From Syntrophomonadaceae bacterium (GTDB taxonomy: Bacteria > Bacillota > Syntrophomonadia > Syntrophomonadales > Syntrophomonadaceae), in the NCBI GenBank assembly GCA_030526885.1, contig JAUNBV010000003.1, positions 1 to 31,889 of the forward strand: a DNA stretch of 31,889 nt, in the 5' to 3' direction. The position numbers were made by a program, and so were the translations under genes. The notes under the pieces are model-generated. The model had not been told where the DNA came from. It saw only the letters and a list, made by a program, of their open reading frames with translations, and searched no databases. Below are positions 11,993 through 19,600 of the stretch, one piece after another. Numbering within the stretch: the first letter of the stretch is position 1; each line of letters opens with the position of its first letter.

Positions 11993-12076
11993 ATGCTCGC
12001 TTTCCCTCCTTAAAAGTATCCGCTTTTCGGCCGCAAGGCCATGGTACGGTTCAAAACACTTGAAATCTAAGAATAC

Positions 12077-12107
12077 AAAAAACCCCCATCCCGGTCAGGG
12101 ACGAGAG
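12077..12107 (-). terminator. T-box-linked intrinsic terminator
   Basis: Minus strand CTCTCGTCCC-TGACC-GGGATGGGGG-TTTTTT forms a 10-bp stem with G-U pairs and a U-tract, directly after the T-box motif. Confidence 0.8.
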
Positions 12108-12350
12108 TAATTTCCCGCGGTACCACCCTGTTTGCCACAGTTTAAAAAACCGTGACCGCTCAAGTATTGTAAAATGGCTGTGACAGTTATGTTAACGAAC
12201 GCGCCGCGTCCGACCGTCCCTACTAAAGCCAAAGCTCTTTCAGGGGGCAGCTCCGGGACGATGTCCCCACGGCATCTGACACCGGTTTCCAGCTCCCCCG
12301 GCTCTCTGTAATCAGACCGCTTCCGTCGGTTTGTTCCCTTCATCGCCTGT
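12077..12350 (-). promoter_or_regulatory. T-box riboswitch leader of the ilv-leu-cimA operon, probable Ile (AUC) specifier
   Basis: T-box motif GGGTGGTACCGCG at 12128-12116. Stem I elements GGCGATGAAGGG...CAGAGAGC...GCTGGAAACC, an AGTA box, and a specifier loop GGGGAC-ATC-G (ATC at 12262-12260) closed by GGGA/TCCC. Confidence 0.9.
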
Positions 12351-12385
12351 AAGTCTTTAATTATCCCGCTTGGTAGTAATTATTA

Positions 12386-12414
12386 AGTATATTTAAAGAC
12401 TTTAAGGCTGTCAA
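12386..12414 (-). promoter_or_regulatory. sigma-A promoter of the T-box leader
   Basis: TTGACA-N17-TATACT about 40 nt upstream of T-box stem I. Confidence 0.85.
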
Positions 12415-12588
12415 CAAAATATTTTAAAAAATACCTTGGTTTTTTAGCGCTCCGGGTGATGGTCAATCAGCGGGGTTATATGGTTTTTCAAGAAAGCCAA
12501 CGTAGGCGGGTGAGGTGAACGGCGGTAAAGGGTTCAAGCCAATACCGCCCTAAGTATATTAACCGGATAGGCGCAAGCATTGCGGAAG

Positions 12589-14586
12589 CTATTTTCGCAT
12601 ATCCGTGCGGCGCATGTAGTCCTTGAGGTCGAGATAAGTCCTTTCGCCGTTCAGGTAGGCGCGCTTATCGCGTTGCTTGATCTTTTGAAACATAGCCCAC
12701 AGCAGCCGGGTGCCTTCTTCGGTCTGGCAGGCTTCCGACGGACTCATGCCGCTTAGTACGCCCAGGCGGGAAAAGTACCATTTGTTCAGATATATTTCCT
12801 TCAGGCGCTGCTCCAACTGGGGATGCTCGCGGCGCACTTCGGAGCTCAATATATCAAATATGCCGTCCTCGCGTATCTCTATGCCGTCAAATTCGATGGC
12901 GGAAAACATATCTTTCTCAAACCCGCAACGGATTTTTTGCAGATCCTGATCGCCGAAGGCGGAAAGCGTCATCCACGAAGGCCACAGGATATACTCCGCC
13001 AACATGGCGGACTGGCCCTGGCGCTGGTCGAGCTGGTAATACACCTGACAGTCGTCCCTCTCCAGTATGAGTACACAGCCCATTTCGTGCAGGCGTCGCA
13101 CCACTTCCGCCCGATCGCGCACGAAATACCGGGTGCTTATGAGACACAGCCCGTCCTCATACAGCTGCTGCCCGTCCTCGGCGGAAAACATCTCTTCAAA
13201 ATAAATATATTTGCCGTTCAGATAATCATGGACCGCGCTTAACGCCACTTCGTAGTCACCGCATAATTGCAGCATCCCCTCGCAGTGGACGTGCAAAAAG
13301 TTTTTTATGCCCTCCGCTATTTCCGCATCCGGCGACATGACCACGAATTCGTCCGCATTGACTACCAGATCGGCAAAAACGCCGGACATGAGCTGCATGC
13401 CGAAATTAAAATCATCGTCGTTTTCTTCAATGCGCAGATGAACCCCGTAAGGCAATTCCTCCATCTGCCGAATATTTTCGATTCCGTCGATGATGTCGAA
13501 TAAGTCGTCGATATCCAGGATGGAATACACCTTGCAGTATACTTTGACATTAAGCGGATTGTCGCTATGGATCTCGTCAATATATTCGTGGCCGGTCTCC
13601 TCCACCGCGTCGATATACCACAAGCCGTGCTCATATATCAGGGTATAGCGGAGTTGGGTGCGGCACAACATGTCTTCGTGCAGGCTCAAAGCGCAAGCGG
13701 TGACCTCCATTTGCTTAAGCGTGCCCTGCGCCGCTTCCACCCGGCCCTCCAGCAAAGTGACCGAACCGTCGGCATGTTGCTCCGGCCGCAGATTAGGGCA
13801 TCGGCTCCAGTCACAGTTTGGGGTCAGCAAAGCGTCTATAAACGGCTCGTCCTGACCGCGGATGGCGCGAAACAAGCTATTTACCAACTGGCGGGGGGTG
13901 AGGCTGATGGACAGGCGGCGCAGCAGCCGCCGTTTGTCTTCGGGACTGATTTCTTCGGCATGATCAAGATATTTTTGATATATGAACCGGCCCAGGGCGG
14001 GACGGGTGACAAAACGCTGATTGCAGGCATAGGCATCCTTTACCATGACGCAGACTTCTTCCAGGCTAACCGGAATCATTTCACCCACAGCGGTGCGGTC
14101 ACGGTTGAAGCGGGTGACCGACTGCTCCATGGGCAGTACGCTGCCCAGCCCGTCGCCGTGAAAACACAGCAGCATGCTGTCCACTTTTACCCTGCCGTTG
14201 CCCAGCCACCAGGCTACGTCCACACAGACATCCCCGCTGTGGCGCGTGCAGCAAGCATATGCGCCGTAAAAGGGCAAAGGCTCCACCAGCGGGCCGGGTT
14301 CCAGGCCCACCATGGCAAATTTTCGCATCAGGCGGTCCAGCACTTCCTCCAACTCAGACCCGTACTCCAGCTTCAACAGGCTAAAGAAGTCCAACACCGC
14401 CCGGCTGTGATAGGCGGACAGTTCTTCCAGCAAAAGCCCCCTCATTTCCATGGGAGTCTGATCAAAAAGCTCCAGCGCCTGCAACCAGCCAAACGGCTTG
14501 TTTTCCATAAAAAGGCCGATATCCTCGCTCAGATTCTTGACCAGGCTGCGCGGCAATAATCGGTTTTTCTTTCCTTTTGTTCCCAT
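12589..14586 (-). CDS. 665-aa multidomain hypothetical protein (NTF2-like middle region, duplicated alpha/beta module, C-terminal Xre/MbcA/ParS-C-like motif)
   Basis: Long ORF with RBS AGGAG 8 nt before the ATG. The C-terminus KWYFSRLGVLSGMSPSEACQTEEGTRLLWAMF resembles the W...L.G.TP.EA..t.eG pattern of MbcA/ParS C-terminal-type domains. Domain calls are by eye only. Confidence 0.8.
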   Translation of the reverse strand: MGTKGKKNRLLPRSLVKNLSEDIGLFMENKPFGWLQALELFDQTPMEMRGLLLEELSAYHSRAVLDFFSLLKLEYGSELEEVLDRLMRKFAMVGLEPGPLVEPLPFYGAYACCTRHSGDVCVDVAWWLGNGRVKVDSMLLCFHGDGLGSVLPMEQSVTRFNRDRTAVGEMIPVSLEEVCVMVKDAYACNQRFVTRPALGRFIYQKYLDHAEEISPEDKRRLLRRLSISLTPRQLVNSLFRAIRGQDEPFIDALLTPNCDWSRCPNLRPEQHADGSVTLLEGRVEAAQGTLKQMEVTACALSLHEDMLCRTQLRYTLIYEHGLWYIDAVEETGHEYIDEIHSDNPLNVKVYCKVYSILDIDDLFDIIDGIENIRQMEELPYGVHLRIEENDDDFNFGMQLMSGVFADLVVNADEFVVMSPDAEIAEGIKNFLHVHCEGMLQLCGDYEVALSAVHDYLNGKYIYFEEMFSAEDGQQLYEDGLCLISTRYFVRDRAEVVRRLHEMGCVLILERDDCQVYYQLDQRQGQSAMLAEYILWPSWMTLSAFGDQDLQKIRCGFEKDMFSAIEFDGIEIREDGIFDILSSEVRREHPQLEQRLKEIYLNKWYFSRLGVLSGMSPSEACQTEEGTRLLWAMFQKIKQRDKRAYLNGERTYLDLKDYMRRTDMRK

Positions 14587-14643
14587 CGGTCAGGCTCCTA
14601 ATAATAACGACTCAACAACGACCGCTTCCCGCTTTCCTTAAAC

Positions 14644-15033
14644 CTAGGATTCCTCGGTAAAGGATGCTCGTACCACCGAAGCAAACACCATCTGCGCCAC
14701 TTTCTGACCGGGCAGTATGCGGATGGGTTTGTCGCTCACATTCAACAGCAGCACATGTAATTCCCCGGTATTCTCACAGTCCACCGTACCCGGCGCATTA
14801 GCCACCACGATACCCTTGCGGGCCATGCCCGCTCGGCTGCGGATCTGAGCCTCATAGCCCGGCGGAATCATGATGGCGAAGCCGGCGGGTACGCTTCTCA
14901 CTTCATTAGGGTACAGGGTGAGGTCTTCCTGTAACGCCACGCTGATGTCGCAGCCGGCGGCCCCGTGGGTATCGTATGCTGGCAACTGCGCCCAGGGAAC
15001 CAGTTTTTTGAATCGCACTTGTATCTGTTCCAT
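14644..15033 (-). CDS. dut: dUTPase-like protein lacking motif V, with substituted motifs II and III
   Basis: AGCDI (I), RSRAGMA (II), GTVDCENTGE (III), GQKVAQ (IV). Ends VVRASFTEES* with no RGxGGFGSTG. ATG 15033 lies behind AGGAGTAGGGG. Confidence 0.8.
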   Translation of the reverse strand: MEQIQVRFKKLVPWAQLPAYDTHGAAGCDISVALQEDLTLYPNEVRSVPAGFAIMIPPGYEAQIRSRAGMARKGIVVANAPGTVDCENTGELHVLLLNVSDKPIRILPGQKVAQMVFASVVRASFTEES

Positions 15034-15131
15034 AATGCCCCTACTCCTCATATATCATGTTTTCCTGCTTGCGCTTATTATTGCACAACCCTGCCCGGAT
15101 AGCAAAGGATATCATGCCTATATCTTTAACG

Positions 15132-15812
15132 TTATTTAAGGGTGAAGGGGTTGTATTTGACTCCATAGTCGAAATGGTCCTCCCCTTCATAGCGTTTCAT
15201 GCGCACCGCGAGCCAGCAGGTAAAGGGGGTAGCCAACACCTCATAGCCCAGCTTAAAGCCGTATTGCACCAAAATCATCGGTATCAGGGCCGATGGCTGG
15301 TATACGCCGATAAAAGCAATGGTCATAAACGTTATGGTATCCACAGCCTGCCCAACTATACTGGAGGCGATGGTGCGCAGCCACAGCCACCGCCCTTGCG
15401 TGATGAGCTTCAGCCTCGACAGCACCACGGAATTGACAAACTCACCCAAAAAGTAAGCCGCGGAGGAAGCCAATACGATACGCGCCGTAGTACCCAGCAC
15501 CAGCACATATGCCGCGTTGCCGTCGAAGAATTCGGGGGTTGGGGTGCGCAGCAGCAGCATAAAAACCGCAGCCATAAAAATATTGGCGGCCAAACCCGCC
15601 CAGATAGTTAGGCGGGTGCGGCGAAAACCGTAAACTTCGGTGAGAACGTCGCCCAAAATATAGGTGAGGGGAAAAAAGAAAAGGTCGCCGGTCAGGGTAA
15701 AGCTGCCCAGTGCAATAAGGCGCCCGGCCACTACATTGGTTATCAACAGACAGGTAATGAAAGCCAGGCTGAGGATAAAGAATCCCGGGGAAAGGCGGTC
15801 ATGGGTTTTCAT
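15132..15812 (-). CDS. yhhQ: queuosine precursor transporter (YhhQ/VUT family, COG1738)
   Basis: FFFPLTYILGDVLTEVYGFRR, ASSAAYFLGEFVNSVVL, RTIASSIVGQAVDT and the YNPF C-terminus; about 6 hydrophobic segments; preQ1-like leader. ATG 15812 lies 10 nt after AAGGAG. Confidence 0.92.
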   Translation of the reverse strand: MKTHDRLSPGFFILSLAFITCLLITNVVAGRLIALGSFTLTGDLFFFPLTYILGDVLTEVYGFRRTRLTIWAGLAANIFMAAVFMLLLRTPTPEFFDGNAAYVLVLGTTARIVLASSAAYFLGEFVNSVVLSRLKLITQGRWLWLRTIASSIVGQAVDTITFMTIAFIGVYQPSALIPMILVQYGFKLGYEVLATPFTCWLAVRMKRYEGEDHFDYGVKYNPFTLK

Positions 15813-15822
15813 AATAAACAAT

Positions 15823-15880
15823 CTCCTTGTTTTGTTCAGTGGGGCGCCAAGCCCTCACCCGGCGGGTAGCCGCTACCGCC
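15823..15880 (-). ncRNA. preQ1 class I-like translational riboswitch with atypical double-hairpin architecture
   Basis: GGCGG-UAGCGGCUAC-CCGCC (P1/L1), then GG and a second hairpin GUGAGGGCUUGGCGCCCCAC, then UG-AACAAAACAAG-GAG overlapping the SD of yhhQ. The tail is identical to that of the Thermoanaerobacter tengcongensis preQ1-I aptamer. Confidence 0.7.
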
Positions 15881-15971
15881 GCAGTAAAAAGACGCAGACC
15901 AAATCAAGAGCGTACACTTTGCACTCCTATATTAAGCCTGCGCCTTTAATATCCGGATTGGGGCCGGGCGT

Positions 15972-16109
15972 TTATCCCATCAACAGGAATTTCATGATAA
16001 ACAGATAAGTGCCGACGATAATGGCTCCGAACAGAAAACCTGCAATAGTATATACCACCGAAACTCCCTGGTCGCCTCCGGTCGCATGGTCAGCATGATG
16101 ATCCGACAT
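15972..16109 (-). CDS. 45-aa small membrane protein with His-rich N-terminus (missed by ORF track)
   Basis: GGGAGG-N7-ATG; MSDHHADHATGGDQGVSVVYTIAGFLFGAIIVGTYLFIMKFLLMG*; one clear transmembrane helix. Confidence 0.7.
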   Translation of the reverse strand: MSDHHADHATGGDQGVSVVYTIAGFLFGAIIVGTYLFIMKFLLMG

Positions 16110-16295
16110 GGATGAGCCTCCCTTCGTATATTGTCGCTCTGCGCGCACGTGTCCAAATTCACATGTATACTTCGCTTATTATATCGCTCATTCCTGCCTG
16201 CGGCCAGCTATTTTTAAGTATTTTTTTCTCTAGGGGAGCAATAATCTCTTTTATAACTCGATTTTTACCGGTTTTAAAAATTTATCCTTCAACTG

Positions 16296-16324
16296 TTGCA
16301 CTATTCGTGATAAACGGCTAAAAT
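16296..16324 (+). promoter_or_regulatory. putative sigma-A promoter
   Basis: TTGCAC-N17-TAAAAT, about 50 nt upstream of ATG 16374. Confidence 0.6.
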
Positions 16325-16373
16325 AGTGGTAGTGGAAAATAAAATATTCAATTTATTAACGGGAGGTTTTCCA

Positions 16374-16718
16374 ATGTACCATATCGAGATGCATTACAAA
16401 GGGTTGGTAGCTAATCGGAGTTTATTGACCGACGTGCCTGTGAACATACTAAAAAGCCCCCATCTTTATGTTCAGGAGTTTAAAATTTTCACCGAAAAGC
16501 ACAATGCCACCGTACCCGATGAGAAGGAAAAGTATTACTTCGATGCGTATTTCAGCCTGTTCATCGAAAAAGAAGAGACCATGGCCAAATTTTTGGAGTC
16601 CATACGTGCTGGGACTATCTCAGCGGTTAAAAACAACGGCGCAGAAATCATAAACAGCGAATACAACGTCAACCGTTTCGGTGACGCTGATTTTGACATC
16701 CCCACCAAAGAAGACTGA
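16374..16718 (+). CDS. hypothetical protein, 114 aa
   Basis: GGGAGG RBS before ATG 16374, own promoter-like element, soluble-looking sequence (MYHIEMHYKG...DFDIPTKED). Family not recognised. Confidence 0.75.
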   Translation: MYHIEMHYKGLVANRSLLTDVPVNILKSPHLYVQEFKIFTEKHNATVPDEKEKYYFDAYFSLFIEKEETMAKFLESIRAGTISAVKNNGAEIINSEYNVNRFGDADFDIPTKED

Positions 16719-17032
16719 TCCGGCTTAAGCTGTTGCTTGGGCTGCAATATTTTGTGCCGTTATATACCCCCTCGGGTGTGGCCCGCTTTCAGCGCGGCCA
16801 CGCTTTCACATTATCTTGACCGGAATGCAGGGGCTTTTTTTATTTTTCTTCAAAAAGATAAGAAAAGCTCTTTGTGTGCGGCGGCAAATGGTATACAATA
16901 TAAGGAGTTGCTACGCTGTCCAATGCGTCGGATTGTATGGAGACGGTCAAAAATATAAGAAGGGGGATGAACTAGGCAGCAAACGGATTCGAGTTCGGCG
17001 CACTTTAAAATTTTTTGTTAAGGGGGAATACC

Positions 17033-18874
17033 ATGCCAGCCAATAATTTTAAGTTCGATCTGAGAGACCACAAATTTGTCCTGAAGGAATGGTTGGACAT
17101 CGACAAACTGTTTGCACAGAAAGCTTATGCCGGTTACTATTCCAAAGATGACATCGACTCCTATCTGGACGTAGCCTACAACATTGCCAAGGACGTTATG
17201 GCTCCCGCCAACGGCGACGCCGATGAAATCGGCTGTAAATATGTAGATGGCAACGTCATAACTCCCGATTCTTTCAAAAACGCTTATGCCGTATGTACCG
17301 AAGCGGGCCTGGGTACCAGCGTGGCCGACCGCGAAAGCGAAGGCGCTCTGCCTTGGGTACTGTGGGGCGCGCTGGGCGAGATCCTGATCGCCGGATCTCC
17401 CGCCATCACCACTTACTGGGGACTTTCCGCCGGCGCCGCCGGTCTCATCCAGTTCTATGGCAACGACTATCTCAAACAAAAATTCCTGCCCAAGATGTTC
17501 GAAGGCTCCTGGGCCGGCACTATGAACCTGACCGAGCCGGGCGCCGGCTCCGACGTTGGCGCTTGCGCCACCAAAGCGTTTGCTACCGATACTCCCGGCT
17601 TGTATAAGATCAAGGGCAACAAACTGTTTATCACCGCCGGTGACCATGACATATGTGAAAACTTTATTCACATGGTACTGGCCCGCGTAGAAGGCGCCCG
17701 CGAAGGCACCGCCGGCCTTTCCCTGTTCGTAGTACCGAAAATCTGGGTCAACGACGACGGCACCATGGGCGCCAATAACGACGTGTCCACTACCGGTATC
17801 GAGCATAAAATGGGCATGAAGGGTTCGGCTACCTGCAGCCTGGCCTTTGGCGAAAACAACAACTGCTTCGGCTACATCCTGGGCGCCCCCCCCAATGAAG
17901 AAGGCAAAGCCGCCGGCATGAGCCAGATGTTCCACATGATGAACGAAGAACGCCTCAACACCGGCCTGCTGGCTCAGGGCGTTATGACCGAAGCTTATTA
18001 TTGCGCCCTGGAATATACCCGGGAGCGCGTTCAGGGCCAGAAGATGACCGACCCCAAGGGCCCCCGCGTGCGCATCATTGAGCACGAAGATGTCCGCCGC
18101 ATGCTGCTCATGCAAAAAGCCGTTTCCGAAGCCTGCCGCGCCCTGCTGCTGCAAACCTACTACTATGTAGATATGAGCCAGATAGCGGACGATCCGGAAG
18201 AAAAGGAAGCTGCCGAGGATATGTTCAACATCAACAACCCGATGTGTAAAGCCTATGTAACCGATATGGCGTGGCCGATGATCGGCGAAGCCATCCAGAC
18301 TTACGGCGGCTACGGCTTTATTGAGGAATACCCGGTAGCGCAACTGGCCCGTGACTGCAAAATCTTTTCCATCTGGGAAGGCACCAACTATATCCAGTCC
18401 ATGGACCTGGTAGGACGTAAGTTCATGATGAAGAAGGGCAAACCCTTTATGAAGTGGCTGACAGAAGTGGGGACCTTTATCGCCACCAATAAGGAAGCCA
18501 ATCCCGACTTCGCCAAGGAATTCGCCGCACTGGAAGAAGGCATGGGCGCTTTCGGCAGCATCATGATGACGCTGAAGGGTTATTTCCAGGAAGGCAAGAT
18601 GCAGTTACTGCCTCTGTATTCCACTCGCATCCTGCACGCCGCCTCCATGATGTACTGCGGCAAGCTGCTGCTGGATCAGGGTATCCTAGCCGCCAAGAAA
18701 CTGGCCGAAGTGGGCGAAGACCACTATGACGCCAAGTTCTACAAGGGTAAAATCGCCAGCACCCGCTTCTATCTGATGAACATCGTTCCGCAGATTAAGA
18801 TTGCCAAGGATCTGTTCGAGAATTACGACACCAGCGCCATCGACATCCCCGAGGATGCCTTCGGCCTGGCATAA
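17033..18874 (+). CDS. long-type (about 610 aa) acyl-CoA dehydrogenase
   Basis: GTMNLTEPGAGSDVG, IKGNKLFITAG, IEHKMGMKGSATC, QTYGGYGFIEEYPVAQLARD and catalytic IWEGTN. RBS AAGGGGGA before ATG 17033. Confidence 0.95.
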   Translation: MPANNFKFDLRDHKFVLKEWLDIDKLFAQKAYAGYYSKDDIDSYLDVAYNIAKDVMAPANGDADEIGCKYVDGNVITPDSFKNAYAVCTEAGLGTSVADRESEGALPWVLWGALGEILIAGSPAITTYWGLSAGAAGLIQFYGNDYLKQKFLPKMFEGSWAGTMNLTEPGAGSDVGACATKAFATDTPGLYKIKGNKLFITAGDHDICENFIHMVLARVEGAREGTAGLSLFVVPKIWVNDDGTMGANNDVSTTGIEHKMGMKGSATCSLAFGENNNCFGYILGAPPNEEGKAAGMSQMFHMMNEERLNTGLLAQGVMTEAYYCALEYTRERVQGQKMTDPKGPRVRIIEHEDVRRMLLMQKAVSEACRALLLQTYYYVDMSQIADDPEEKEAAEDMFNINNPMCKAYVTDMAWPMIGEAIQTYGGYGFIEEYPVAQLARDCKIFSIWEGTNYIQSMDLVGRKFMMKKGKPFMKWLTEVGTFIATNKEANPDFAKEFAALEEGMGAFGSIMMTLKGYFQEGKMQLLPLYSTRILHAASMMYCGKLLLDQGILAAKKLAEVGEDHYDAKFYKGKIASTRFYLMNIVPQIKIAKDLFENYDTSAIDIPEDAFGLA

Positions 18875-18896
18875 GCTTTGGAATACTAATACACCG

Positions 18897-18955
18897 AATA
18901 AGGCCCGCTATTGAAGCGTATTTAAATATAATATGCGGATTGCGCGGGCCTTATT
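18897..18955. repeat. long inverted repeat / hairpin downstream of the acyl-CoA dehydrogenase (probable terminator or stabiliser)
   Basis: AATAAGGCCCGC (18897-18908) and GCGGGCCTTATT (18944-18955) are perfect complements, with an inner GCGTATT/AATATGC stem. Confidence 0.55.
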
Positions 18956-19094
18956 GCCATAGTACCCGACAAGGGATATCAACTTGACACCAATGGCATG
19001 TGATATGTTTTCGGGAAAAGCAGGGCCTAAGGGGAGTTTTTCGATTTATAAAAAAGCTCACCTGAGGTGTAAAAAAACATAGGAGGCGAGTTAG

Positions 19095-19445
19095 ATGTTT
19101 GATACCATACTCCAAGCTTACCTTAAGATGTTCATGAACTACGTCAATTTTTCCGACCGAACCAACCGGCCCGATTTTTGGTGGGCGGTATTGGGTAACG
19201 TCATCGTCTGCCTTGTCCTCGGTATTATCATAGCCATAATCCCCGGTTTGAAGTTCCTGTACACGCTGTACTCGCTGGCAATACTGATTCCCGGCCTGGC
19301 GCTGGGTATACGCCGCCTGCACGATATCGGCAAGAGCGGTTGGTTCATTTTGGTGGGCCTCATCCCTATCATCGGCTTGATTTGGCTCATAATCCTGTAT
19401 TGCAAGGAAAGCGTTCCGGAGCAGATGTCCGGTTCCGTGGGATAA
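19095..19445 (+). CDS. DUF805 (YhaH/YhaI-like) inner membrane protein
   Basis: YVNFSDRTNRPDFWW and LALGIRRLHDIGKSGWFILVGLIPIIG; RBS AGGAGG. Confidence 0.93.
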   Translation: MFDTILQAYLKMFMNYVNFSDRTNRPDFWWAVLGNVIVCLVLGIIIAIIPGLKFLYTLYSLAILIPGLALGIRRLHDIGKSGWFILVGLIPIIGLIWLIILYCKESVPEQMSGSVG

Positions 19446-19600
19446 GCGCAGTACGTTACCCGCGCCCTGAAGTTGCGCCCACCCTGTAATAACCTTATGC
19501 GCGAACCAGCTTGCCATCCCCAAGGCCGCGCTGGTTCGCTTTTTTACGCCCATCACCGGTGGGGTGGTCTATTTTCACCCCCGCTTTTATATTTTTCTGT

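Noticed and set aside
16743-16759. Possible sigma-54 promoter (GGCAC...TTGCA on the minus strand)
   Set aside because: GG-to-GC spacing is 11 nt rather than the required 10.
16960-16975. GAAGGGGG-ATG-AAC-TAG minigene in the acyl-CoA dehydrogenase leader
   Set aside because: There is no spacing between the SD and the ATG and only two codons, so it cannot be supported as a leader peptide.
17018-18343. 441-aa minus-strand ORF; likewise 13567-14559 and 27429-28376 on the plus strand
   Set aside because: They lie exactly antisense to well-supported genes, and the open frame is explained by codon bias.
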